Source: Eremomyces bilateralis CBS 781.70
Taxonomy: Eukaryota
DNA: 45,793 nucleotides
Assembly: GCA_010015585.1 (NCBI GenBank)
Contig: ML975152.1
Reading direction: 5' to 3' (one strand)
Each line of letters begins with the position of its first letter. Within the stretch, counting starts at the first letter, position 1. Under the pieces are notes generated by a model. That model was not told the origin of the DNA. It saw nothing but the letters and a program-made list of their open reading frames with translations, and ran no database searches. Of the stretch, positions 34,295 to 45,699 are shown piece by piece. The position numbers were made by a program, and so were the translations under genes.

Positions 34295-36536
34295 GGTGAC
34301 GATGTTGTGCAACAGAAGATAGTCGAAGATGGAGAGATCGATGAACTTGACTTTCGAGGCGTTCTTGCGATGTGCAAGAGCTGGATCTATATGTCTTTCC
34401 TATTCCTGTGTATCCCCCCTCTTTCCCACGTGCGGTTGCATTTTTAGGAGTCTTATGATTTTCGGACACGATACCTAAATTGTCCGGCGCCCGAGTTGGA
34501 AGGATGGAGATGACCCTGCAGCACCAACGACATGCCTACAAGCTGTTGTCGTTGGTAGAAACCATGCTCAGCCTCAACCTGACAGGGTGCTTCAACAATC
34601 TACACGAATTAGTTATTGGCACTGCAACGTCGAAATACGCACGTTTCGGAATATTTCGGTCGTATTCCACGATTTGCTTGAATACAAGGCTCTGCTGGGC
34701 TCATCCTCCACCGACCGTCACCGTTATCGTTGTCGCTGTCCAGTTGTTTGCATAGCGATTCATCGATTCATCAATTCATCTTCGACGGGCCGAATCATCT
34801 TCGGCAAGTTTTGCTCTTGAGCTTCCGGGAGCCAACGTACAGTATCACCAACCGAACACCGATCGACATGCTCCGGATTTCGTCAAGATGCGGCGAAGGA
34901 TTCTGCCCTACGCATGGTTCATGCATGGAAGGGTTCCACGGCTAACAATAGCCAACGATAATAACGCAGTTAGAGAACGGCGGGAAATGATAGACCTTGT
35001 TGAAGCTGGCAGCTGGTTTCATGTGTCCTCTAGTCTGCATGTTGCGGGTCACGAGCTGGAGTGGGGGGGTTGGTTCGGAATCAAACCGAATCCGGGCTGA
35101 GTTTATTTGCGGAATTTCAGGGACCAGGAACACCGGAATGGTTCATATTACTGGGTGGCCATCTCGACCATGTTGTTGTGCAAGGCGTGAGCCTGTGAGT
35201 GAGATGGCAGACCGGAGAGAAAAAAGAGTGAGAGGCTGAGAGCTGAGTGGTGCACGATCGAGTAGGTTGGGTGGTTTGGTTGGCGTTAGTGGGGGGTTGG
35301 CATGGCAGGGAGTGCCTGTGTGGGTGCCTGGCGTGGGTGGCCTTGGGGAGTTGGGGCGAGGCTCCTGTGGTGCAAGTGTCAAGTTGCTAAAAGATCTGTG
35401 AAATGTCAATCATGATTCATGAATCATCCAGTGACTTGCTTCAGTTCGGACACTATCCGCCTTGTGCGTCGCTGTGTCGCGGCACCGCAATTAGTTGCCG
35501 CTGTAATCCCGCTCTTTCGCCGCTAAATCTCGGGGTTGGTGCGCTTGGCAGGCATCTCGAATTCCGTCGATCATCCACATTCCACTCCCGTATCGTCCGC
35601 GCCATGCATATCCATGCTTCTGACGAAATGATGCAGGCTGCTTGAACGAGAAAGGAAACGAACCGGAAGAAGGCCGCGTTGATCATGACTTTCGGACCCC
35701 AACCAATCCAGTGACCTCCGACTTCCGAGCTCTTTCCGATTGCAATGTCTGCGCGATATCGCTAAAGACATGGCTATTGCGGACGATAGGTAGTGAGGCA
35801 GATGAATGCGGAAATGACTTTGAACAGTTTGAAGGGACCAACACGGAGGACAGGGGGGATAAATTAAAAAGTACCTAGCCTGTATAGGCAACTGTGAATA
35901 GGCAAATTGCGACGCCGAAGCCAGATAAGATGATCGCTCTCATCGGTCTTTTCGCGAGTTGAAGTAGTATGGTTGTCGAGAAACGTGTTACTGTCACTCG
36001 GGCCTCAACGGTCCCTCTGGAGTGGACAGCCATCCAGGAGATGTTTGAAGTTGTATCTATCTTTGTAGAGATTGATGTTGTATCTGTCCTGTGGACGCTC
36101 ATGTTGGATGTGTCTTCTATATGTTGCATATAACAGCCACTGTAGTTAGGCAACAGTGATGAAGCACCTATGTTGAATTCGAATACTCCTCTTTCTACGA
36201 AAGACTTCGTCAATGCTATCAACTGATGGAGACTTACCTGATATATGAACTCTCTGAATCGTCGATGCCCGCATCCTTCTTGGCATCCACAATTCCGATC
36301 CCGTGTAAAATCGCCGCTCATCGGGATCCGACTGAGACTCCGCTAGATCTTCATATAACAGGAGGATCATGACTCCCAAAAATGCAGCCCAGAGACACCG
36401 CATCCAAATCTCCACAGCTCATCATTTGCCAAGTTCAATCGTCTGTCGGATCCATCGACTATTGGATCCCCAAATAACCCCCCGTCTCCCTGCCCTTCAG
36501 TCTTCACTCGACGGACAAACCCAACATCACGCCAAG

Positions 36537-36818
36537 ATGGACCACATGAACTTCATGTTCGGAATCATGAGGACAATGGATATGGCTAATCCTCCTTACA
36601 CAACCTATGCACCTTGCACCACCCCCCCGGAGGCGCTCACTGCAGCACATGCGCAATCCGCTGAAACCAAAACGTCTGCCCATCGTGGCGAACAAAAGCG
36701 GGAAAATTCCCCTGTAGGGAGCCTGCGCAGGCGATTTCTGTCCCGGTCGTCGACCGCCAAATCTAATACGAGTTCAGACTCGGCGGCGGCACAGGATGGC
36801 TCTGTGAAGCCATCCTAG
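36537..36818 (+). CDS. Small hypothetical protein (93 aa)
   Basis: ATG in good context (GCCAAGATGG) after a C/A-rich leader typical of fungal 5' UTRs. Met-rich N-terminus and Ser/Arg-rich tail. No homology recognised. Confidence 0.4.
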   Translation: MDHMNFMFGIMRTMDMANPPYTTYAPCTTPPEALTAAHAQSAETKTSAHRGEQKRENSPVGSLRRRFLSRSSTAKSNTSSDSAAAQDGSVKPS

Positions 36819-38951
36819 ATTCGGGGATTCGGATCGTGAGACGAGGGGGTTGAGCATCTGATGGCGTCTTGTTTTGGAGTTCTTCGGTGCTTGGTGCTTA
36901 GTGCTCGGGGATCAAACAGTCGGACTGCGGACAATGCATAGCGGCGAATTCAACAGGTGATCTTGCAGATCGGTCTGCAGCCCTCTGTGTGGGACTGCAT
37001 GTTCTCTAGATATTCTTGTTATCTATATCCATCGAGGTGAGACCATACATGAGTGGTTCTTGAAGATATGGACTTAGTATCATAGAGGCAAATCAATCAT
37101 AAAGACTTGAGAATGGAGAAATGGAATGGGTTTGAACCGGGATCCGATATGCTGGGTTGACTGGTCGCCTATGCCACGTGGATAAACAAGCAACGGTGAG
37201 AGTGTATTTGCCCCTTCCTATAAATGCTCACAGACAGAAGACGAAACACCCGAGCCGTTGACGTACGAAACACAGAGTTGAGTGATCACTGAAACATTAG
37301 GCGTCCAGTCTATGACAGAGAGGCAAAAGTGGTGGACGACTGAAGTATCCAAGGGATTGATCTAGACCAGTTTTTTTAGCAAGCAAGCAGCAACTGCTAG
37401 ATATCCGAGCCATGGACTGGCTACATGGTACATCTTTCGTGCGTATCTTTTCACTGCCATGATAGTCGTACCGATGCCGGCCATAGCCCATTCGGGGTCC
37501 GATTGAACACGGTAAAATCTAGGCGAGTCGACAGAAGTATTGTCCGAAAGAGATCTTACCTCTCCACATAACGAGGACCGTCCTTGTCCAGATACTGGCT
37601 ATCCCATTAATCAATCCACAACATCACTGTAGAACCGCGATGACTTCCTTGTTTGGCGGCAAGAAGAAAACCCCCCGTCAAACGGTCGAGGAGATCTTCA
37701 AGCATAAAACAAATGAATGCACACCCAGAGTCCACGTGTGGAATTGTCTGGCCATGTCCTTGGCGGCTCCAAGTGTTCCTTGCTAAGGCGGTGCTTTATG
37801 TGGCCTATACACAAGATAAGTCCGAATGCGTCCGTGACTTCGTGGGCGGTATCTGGCACAACTCAATCATCACACGGAATCGAAGCATCGTCTATAGCTC
37901 CAAATTGCGCTTCAGAATATCCAAGCCTCTCCGACAAGGATCTCGGGTATCATATCATCTCTAGTAAGGTCATGTACGGGTCACAGCTGACCTCCAGTAG
38001 CTCACCTCCAGCATGGGGCGATGGTGGTGAGTGAGCTCGAGACATAAGGCGTCTCATCCCTCTATATAGCTCCGAAGATCAAAGCTCAAGCTATATCCTG
38101 GAGCTCTAGCTTTCCATGCACGGCGCCTGCTGTGCCTCGCTTGGTGACCTCATGAGCTTCGTGATATCATCGACTGGTGGCCGATCATGGCACCGGGCCG
38201 CGTCCCGCCATATAGACACCCCAGTTGTACTTGAAAGGTATATGACATGCTCATGGATGCTGTGGATCTTGCCCCAATTTGCATCCAACATGTTGATATG
38301 AGACTGTAAGTTCAGACACAATGCATCCTCTACAATAGAGGCAAATTCAAAATTATAAATCGGCCCTCAGCAGAAGGATCATAGGGTTCTGAAGATCGTT
38401 TCATGTCACTTGAATCAAGGCAACCAAGGATAGCGCATAGATGATTTGACTTAGAGGATATAGACTAAAGATTAAAAATGAAAACGCTCAGAAATGCGAC
38501 ATAGTGGTCGGGTTTGAAACGTCAACGAAAAGAGAGTCGAAACCACTTCCAGACTGCCACAGGCTATCAACACCAAAAATGGAGCAGGGGCAGTGCAATC
38601 CTAGTTGGGGAGATAATCTAGAAAGTGTAAGATGGTCTTATAGGTGGAGAACCTCTGATAATCAATACTCGGAGACCAAGACGAGGCCGGGAGTGGACCT
38701 CGACCGTTCGGGTGGGTTTCACTTCCGTTTATACTCGAAGAGATCGTCGTTCCAATGCTGGGGTACAGCTGGACCCTGGACGTTGACGCAGGGTAGCCGT
38801 TGTGACTAGATGCATGTTGATAATTGATATGCGGTACATCGTGAGCCGCGAGACCGATACGGACGAAAGCTGGGCGTCCGGGACTACTTGAAATTGCCGG
38901 GCCTCCCCACACCTCTGAAGTGGTCCTCAGAAATCATCCGAAGACTCCATC

Positions 38952-40286
38952 ATGAGTCTGGGAGACGTACTCAGGTCGCTCCATGCAGATATACATGGGC
39001 AGATTGAGGCGGTACAGAGAATCTTGGCGGAGCTGGGGACCGGAAGTCGTCGGACGGCATATCCTACGCCGGAGCCAGAAAGCAGCAATCCTTCATCCCG
39101 CGTTCTCATCGTCGGCGCGGGAGTCGGCGGGCTTGCACTGGCACAAGGACTGAGAAGAGCCGGCGTGCAATTTCACGTCTTCGAACGTGACCTTCAACTT
39201 GCTACTCAACACAAATCGCATCGACTCCGCATCGATGCCGATGGCGTTAGCGCACTCAAAGAGATCTTGAGTCCGCAGTTGTGGACCAAGTTCGAACGGA
39301 CGTGTGCGGGAACCACGATCCTCGAGACTGACATCGACGCAATAAGAGGAAAGCTCACTGGATCTCGGATAGGGAATCGAAAGGGCGGAGCAACGTATAC
39401 GGCCGATCGGAACGTTCTCAAAGGGATTCTCTCTACCGGGGTCGACCAGAACATGACGTACGGAAAACATTTCATCGACTATAACTTCACAGACAAGGGA
39501 GTCGTGGTGAATTTCCTCGACGGGACTTCTGAAGAGGGTGCCATCTTAGTCGGTGCTGATGGGAAGGCATCTCGAGTTAGGGAGCAGTATTTGCCTAGCC
39601 ATATCCCGATTAAAACGGACGGCTGCTGCATCAGCGGAAAAACTCCCTGGACAAACGACATTACGGAGCAATACCCAGGACGACCTACCAAGGGTATGAC
39701 GTTCGTCATGGACGGAAGGTCGGCCTCCAGCGATCCTGGGGCATCGGCGGCGTCGTTCCTGGTGATCGAACCGATTCGATTTCGACGAAACAAATATCAA
39801 GATGAGGTTCCCAGAGATTATCTGTTCTGGGTGCTCGTCTGTATGAAAGGGAGCTTTGGGATTCCCGAAGACCAGTTCCTGACCATGCCTAATGAGGAAG
39901 CTGCCCAGCTGTGTCTTCAGGTCACACAAGACTGGAACCCCAAGATGCGAGCGGTCCTTGAGCATCAAGATGTCACCCAGACGTTCTCAATGCGACTGTC
40001 CACGATCGCTTCTGAGATCAAGCCTTGGCCCGCATCCGAACGTACCACCCTCGTCGGAGATGCTGTCCACTTCACCTCGCCCATCTCCAATGGTGGTGCT
40101 AACGCAGCTCTCCGAGACGCAGCAGAGCTGTCCAGGAAGTTGTCGCAGGAAGAGTTTTCGGTTCAGGCAATTGGGGAGTTTGAATCCCAGATGAGAGGCC
40201 GGGTTAAGAGGCAATTCCAGGCGAACAGCGGAATCATCAATCGAATGTCAGGGAGGATGCGGACTGCGGAGGCGAGTAGGAGTTGA
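38952..40286 (+). CDS. FAD-dependent monooxygenase (group A flavoprotein aromatic hydroxylase type)
   Basis: RVLIVGAGVGGLALAQGL (GxGxxG), VFERD, LVGADGKASRVR (DG motif), TLVGDAVH...GGANAALRDA (GD motif). 444-aa single exon. Confidence 0.92.
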   Translation: MSLGDVLRSLHADIHGQIEAVQRILAELGTGSRRTAYPTPEPESSNPSSRVLIVGAGVGGLALAQGLRRAGVQFHVFERDLQLATQHKSHRLRIDADGVSALKEILSPQLWTKFERTCAGTTILETDIDAIRGKLTGSRIGNRKGGATYTADRNVLKGILSTGVDQNMTYGKHFIDYNFTDKGVVVNFLDGTSEEGAILVGADGKASRVREQYLPSHIPIKTDGCCISGKTPWTNDITEQYPGRPTKGMTFVMDGRSASSDPGASAASFLVIEPIRFRRNKYQDEVPRDYLFWVLVCMKGSFGIPEDQFLTMPNEEAAQLCLQVTQDWNPKMRAVLEHQDVTQTFSMRLSTIASEIKPWPASERTTLVGDAVHFTSPISNGGANAALRDAAELSRKLSQEEFSVQAIGEFESQMRGRVKRQFQANSGIINRMSGRMRTAEASRS

Positions 40287-40568
40287 GGCCATAGGTTACC
40301 TGTGAGCTGTCAACTTGGGATTTAACGAATGTCGTGATGGTTTTACGTACACTACCCGATAGCAATTGACATTCAACGTGTTATGACTATGTAGGTAAGA
40401 TATGTGTCTCGCGATACTCCGTAGAGCGGATGCTGTTGTGACTTGTGAACTGAGATCATGTTGGATCTCAAGCGCATTCAGCCAATCAGACATCATAAAG
40501 TGCGACGACAGAAATGCATGTGCAATTGTGCAGGGATATGTTTTGATGCCTTAGTAGTATGTTCATCA

Positions 40569-40804
40569 GGGGGAAGAAATTGAGGACCGTTTCTTGGCAT
40601 TCCCCCCAACGATCACCGCCATCACCACCACCACAGGCAGGCCCAATTCGCTCAAAAACAGCATAATATCAAAAAGAATACTCTTTTCCTAACTAGGCGA
40701 CTACTAGAGGTATGTTTTGGTGAAATCTCCGCCGTCTTCTGGTTAAGGTCGTAAAAGCTGTGGTTGGGGGAATGCCAAGAAACGGTCCTCAATTTCTTCC
40801 CCCC
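40569..40804. mobile_element. MITE-like element with about 42-bp terminal inverted repeats
   Basis: GGGGGAAGAAATTGAGGACCGTTTCTTGGCATTCCCCCCAAC (40569-40610) is the reverse complement of 40763-40804 except for homopolymer length. Non-coding spacer of about 150 bp. No target-site duplication seen. Confidence 0.7.
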
Positions 40805-41310
40805 GGAGGGTCCTTGTCTCCTCCGTCTATTTTCGGGCATCATCCTCAGGATTTCAGCTGAGTACAGCATTGAACACAGCCTGTGTGCAGTCATCTCATT
40901 GGTATGACAAGATCAGATCCGACTGTACTGATATGTAACCTGATCAAGATGTCAATTTGGTACATATTGCAGACTGCATGTGAGCCTTGTTGCCTAACTA
41001 ACAATTAAAGCTTCATTTAGTTGCTCGTACCGAGAAAGGCAGGTGCGGACCTCCGCCAATCAGGATGGCGTGTGGTCATGCTGATAAAGCAGATGATTGG
41101 ATGACTTAACAGGATGCTTGGCGTCGGCGTTCCGCCGCAGCGGCGCCGTCACGCGTTCCTGCCGTCGGATCGCTGGCATGTCTGTCGATCGATTTGTTCT
41201 TTCAACGTTCCACTCCATTTCACCATCTCCGTAGTCTACGCTCTCCAACGGGTTCCCGCAAGGTCCTTGGATCGATACCCATATATCGACCTCTTTAGAA
41301 CCATGCCGCC

Positions 41311-41346
41311 CGTTGCCTAGTCGCTCGTTGTCTAGTCGCTCGTTGT
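41311..41346. repeat. 15-bp tandem repeat x2.4
   Basis: CGTTGCCTAGTCGCT CGTTGTCTAGTCGCT CGTTGT. Confidence 0.75.
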
Positions 41347-41550
41347 GGATATTGCCGTCCTCGCAAAGAGGAAGACCCTTCTTTCGCTCCTCGCTCAGAG
41401 TTGGGACCGGCTGGGACTTCAGCTTCGACCTTCGAACCACCCGCCGAGCACTTCGCTTTTTCATTCTTGAACGACACCACCACGGAATTGCGCTGCCCAA
41501 GGAGCGGATTATATTGGACAGCTATGCTGTCTTCAAGATACAGGACCCCT

Positions 41551-42794
41551 ATGCGAGCTGTGTGGATTGGTCTGGTCTTGTTTGCGACTAGCAAACTTTC
41601 GCTTGCGCAAACCGTAATCGATGCGTATGTTCTCCGTCTAGCTACCCTCTCATCATCGCCATAGTTCGCTTGCGCCGAAACTGACCAGATTTCTCCAGCT
41701 CGAAACTTCCCCAGTGCGCAGTGGACTGCGCCGCGCTCAACCAAGCCAATACGGGATGTGTACCACCATCCGCACCGGTGACTGACCAAGGGATCTATCA
41801 GAGCTGCATGTGCCAATCGACTTTTTTGGTCACTCTATATAGCACACCAGATGGCGTTTGCGATGCGGAGTGCACATCCTCGGGGGATAGACAGCGCCTG
41901 AAGGAGTGGTACGTCGGTCTATGTACCGGCGGCGTTGTTGTCACCCCGGCAGGGGGTAAACCAACAGCTACCACGAAGGGAGGACAGTCAACGAGTACTG
42001 CGGGTTCTCCCCAAAGTACAAAATCTGGTGTAAGCAATGCAGGGGTATCGGGGAGTGGCATCAATGAACCCCCCAAGACTTGGTAAGTCATCCGAGGCCC
42101 TAAGAACAGGCCCCGTGTGCATCATGCATCGAGTACAATCACTGACATGCTATCCAACAGGATTGCTGGCCATTGGCAATACGTCCTGATGCTGATCATC
42201 ATATTCCTCGCCATGGTTTTCTTCACCGTCCTCGGCCTCTGGTTAAAGCGCCGCCATCGTCGCAAGCAGGACGCTCGACGCTCCAACGTCGCCGCCCCGG
42301 ACGCCTCCTTTGTCACCACGAATCCGAACATGTCCACCATTTCCTATTCCCACTCCCCACGCGGCTCGGGTCTATTCCGCAACTCGGGCGGTAATATGAC
42401 CTCCACCAGTGTGGTTGGCGTAGGTGGAACGGCACCTTCCGGTGCGATGGGGGCCGTTGGTCGCGCAGATAGTCGGAACGGGATGTACAGACATAGTGGC
42501 GGTGCTGGGAGTGGGACATGGGGCGGCATCGGTCGGCCGAGGGCCGGCACGGCGAATTCATCAACGTATCCGCCGATCACCAGTCCGCAGCTTATGCAAG
42601 CGCAGACTCGAGGTTACGAGTACCCTGATGTCGAGTCCGATCGAGGTCAGTCGCCGCCTCCGCACGGCTCATGGAGTAACACGAGTCGGGCCAAAGCGCG
42701 TAGCAAGGAGAAACTTGGAGACGATGCAATCACCGAAGTATATCAAGGTGAATCACCAGTAAGACATGAACGGAAAAAGAGGGACTTTGGTTAG
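41551..42794 (+). CDS. Single-pass membrane protein with signal peptide and Cys-rich (CFEM-like) ectodomain, 3 exons
   Basis: Signal-like MRAVWIGLVLFATSKLSLAQ; introns 41625-41698 and 42083-42160; LPQCAVDCAALNQANTGC...SCMCQS...CDAEC...WYVGLC; Ser/Thr/Gly stalk; WIAGHWQYVLMLIIIFLAMVFFTVLGLWL followed by KRRHRRK. Confidence 0.82.
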
Positions 42795-43253
42795 GCAGTT
42801 GGGCATCGGGATAATGTTCTGGTCGGCGTTGACCGGACGGATTGGGATGTATGGTATTTCGACGATTTGGACATCACGACGATATGGCTAGGAATAGTTT
42901 TATTTAGGCATTGGGATAGAAGGATCTGAACAGGTCCCTCTCACAGAACCGAGGTGTAGGACACTTAGATTTTTAATATCTACAAATATCAAGGGTTCCG
43001 TGGATATTCTCGTCTCGCCTCTAAACTGATTCGTTCACTCGTGTCTGATGCCACAACAGCAACGCTTCGCATTTCACCAAGAATGAGTATACAATAGATG
43101 TAGGTAGGCTGCGATCTCGACTCTGCACTCATCTTGCAGCATTATTCTCTACTCCTGCTGAGTGAAGCTTTTTTGTATGCAGGGTCTCTGCTCTACCATC
43201 GAAGCATCGTAATCGTGAAGCCATAGCAGCCAGCCAGCTAATCCAGGAATACA

Positions 43254-43426
43254 TAGTCAACCTTCGCTATAACGATTGAATCCGTACAGGCGAATCCAAT
43301 CGTTATGACGCGGACATCGCTAAAACGAATTTTCTTGACAGCATTGATTGAGAATCCGTGCAGGGAATCTTATCGCTATAACGCGAATATCGCTATAGCG
43401 GTAATCGTTATAGCGGTGGTTGACTG
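43254..43426. mobile_element. Tc1/mariner (pogo/Tigger-like) MITE, 173 bp
   Basis: Left TAGTCAACCTTCGCTATAACGATT versus reverse complement of right end CAGTCAACCACCGCTATAACGATT (21/24 identical). TA follows the right end. Several internal copies of ATCG(C/T)TATA(A/G)CG-like motifs. Confidence 0.8.
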
Positions 43427-44258
43427 TAATACATGGACGGCTAGACACCTGGGTTTACACATATCGTCCACAACGCCATACACTCGTTGTGTTTCCCTTG
43501 ATCCCTTCCATGCAATCCATCGGTAACTCGCCCTGTGTCTTAACCCAGCATCGAAATCGAAAATGAACGAGCCATCGAAGGTTTATGCTGGCGGGGAGTC
43601 CATTCAAGATGGTATCATGGCCTCAGAAGATTTGATTTCAGATCACACTCTGCAAATAGCAGAGTCATTCTCTTCCTATCAATGGTAATGGGATTTCATC
43701 ACAGGCCAATGTTGAGAGGAGAAAGGAGAATTTCATGGTGGGAAATTTCAGATACTTTGGTCAGCGAGAGGTCACATGCACGCCACGCCCGATCGGGGCT
43801 AGCGTCTCTCGGCGAAAATATTGAATATTTAACTTCATTCCGGGCCTCAACTTCTGTTTTTCCTCTTTGTGCGGCAGGCGTGATATATCATCTCCGTGTT
43901 ACTTTTTCAGCCTACTTCAATGGTTCGTCAAGGTGTCGATCACGCCCTAGAGAGAAGCATTCATTGCTTGGTGATGCTGAAGTTTGAAGAATCAACTTTT
44001 TAATGGTTCATCGAACTTCAGGTACACCGGACATACTCGAGCAAATGATGTGGGAAGCTTGTGTACAAATGCAACCTTTCTGCAAGGCTCGATATATATG
44101 TAGTAAGCTTGATTTACACGGGGACAAGTGCTGTTGTCGCTGCATAAACCATGATCCCGTCAGATTCCGCCCATCTGGCGGTTAAGGACTAGGGATGATT
44201 GTGATGGTACATAATACATGTAATTCGGGGTGCATGCGAAGTTATCTATCCTCTCCGC

Positions 44259-45382
44259 TCATTCGTGATCCCCAATCTTCTCCAACTTCCCCATTTCCCT
44301 CTTCTCGCCCACGTCCCCAATGAACCGTATCCGGTCAATCCGCGTCCGCTCGCCATCACCGTCTCCATCGACGACAAACACCACAAGGCTTGACACATTC
44401 TGGAACTTGACATAGCGAAGCTCGAGCTTGGCCGTTCCGGTTTCCGGATCCCAATCTCCATCGCCGAGTTCAACGGCTTGTGTCGGGGTCATGTCTTCTC
44501 CCTCCTCGAACCCCAGATTGTGCGCGTGGTTGACGAAGATCCGTATCGTTCGTGGCCGCATGGGGATTTCATCGCTTCCTTCTGAGCTCGGCGGCAGCGA
44601 GGTGATATGTATTGAATGGACTTTGAGCGTCGAGTTGAACGGGACGTAGAGCATGAGCTGTGGGTCGATGTCGCTTTCAACCCAATCTTTTGAACTCCCC
44701 GCTTGCGATGAGCTGTCTTTCGATTTGCCTTTATTCAACGACGTCGGTGCCGATAGATCGAAAAGGGTCCGGGCGCCGCCAAATTCGCTATCGGCGTTCA
44801 AAAGATCCAACCCTCTGATGTCGACCTCCTCTGTGGCATCGGTGAACCCGCGAGGAATCGAGGAGCCTTTCCAAGAGCCTTCTTGTTTGCTGGTCGATGC
44901 GGAGGGCACTCCCACCGCAGGTTGCGGGACGTTTGCGGTCATCGTGTCGAACGCCGCTTGGAGTTCCTTCGCGTTTGCGCCTTGAACTCTAGCCACTTCT
45001 TCGCGATGGCGAATGAATATGAAGGTCGGCATCCTGATACACATAGATATTAGAGAGTGAGGAAGACCTAAGAGCATGGTCCCAGTTACTCACGACGTCA
45101 CACCGTAAGCTTGAGCTATTCGGTCCTGGCGGTCAGTGTTGATCTTGGTAAAGCCGATAACCCTAGGCTGTGCGAGAGTTTGGGCCATTTGATCGTATAT
45201 GGGAGCAATGGCTTTGCATGGACCACACCAGTCCGCGTAAACTGCAAGTCAAGTCAGTAAGAGATTCCGAGCAGCCAGGCGAGTAATAGGAAGGGCATCG
45301 TACAGTCCATTATGACCATCTGTGTGTTGTGAATGATTTCATGAAGCTGTACTTCCGACTCGACCTCGATAATCTTCGACAT
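44259..45382 (-). CDS. TXL1: Thioredoxin-like protein with PITH domain (Txl1/TXNL1 family), 3 exons
   Basis: Introns 45303-45242 and 45093-45034. DFYADWCGPCKAIAP, MPTFIF, VQGAN; PITH motifs WVESDIDPQLMLYVPF, RPRTIRIFVN, LRYVKFQNVSSLVVFV, RTRIDRIRFIG. Confidence 0.92.
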
Positions 45383-45669
45383 TTTGCATTCGTGGCTCTT
45401 CGCAGTATCGGTGACTTGTAAAGCAGTCGGTAATACGCTAGAAGCGGAATATCTGTCCAATCCAGCTGGCGATGTATGAACAGAACATGAAGCTGCTTGG
45501 ACTGCGGACGGTTGGAGGGGTTGTTGATAGTTCACAGCCACAGATGATGCGCCACAGATACTGCCTTTAGATGATTGGTCAGTTTCTGATAGGCCTCTAT
45601 CATGCCTGGAGGAACGAAGTTCCGTAAGGTCTGAGTGCCCCGCGAGGATCGAAATACTATGCACTTAAA

Positions 45670-45699
45670 TCACATGACATTCACGTGAGTTTCACGTGA
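45670..45699. promoter_or_regulatory. Cluster of E-box (bHLH) palindromes
   Basis: TCACATGA (45670), TCACGTGA (45681) and TCACGTGA (45692) at 11-bp spacing, about 290 bp upstream of the TXL1 ATG. Confidence 0.5.

Noticed and set aside
35875..36321. 148-aa minus-strand ORF with weak DTTS repeats
   Set aside because: No recognisable family and atypical composition; likely spurious.
22458..44261. Cryptic peroxisomal isoforms by stop-codon read-through in AKR, HAL2, monooxygenase or TXL1
   Set aside because: None of these stops has the TGA-CTA context, and the extensions I read (HAL2, monooxygenase) do not end in a PTS1.
630..45382. Apparent theme of nucleotide-cofactor and redox genes (APA2, NAD kinase, HAL2, AKR, TXL1) as one cluster
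   Set aside because: Genes are spread over 45 kb and interleaved with unrelated genes; such enzymes are common enough for chance co-occurrence.
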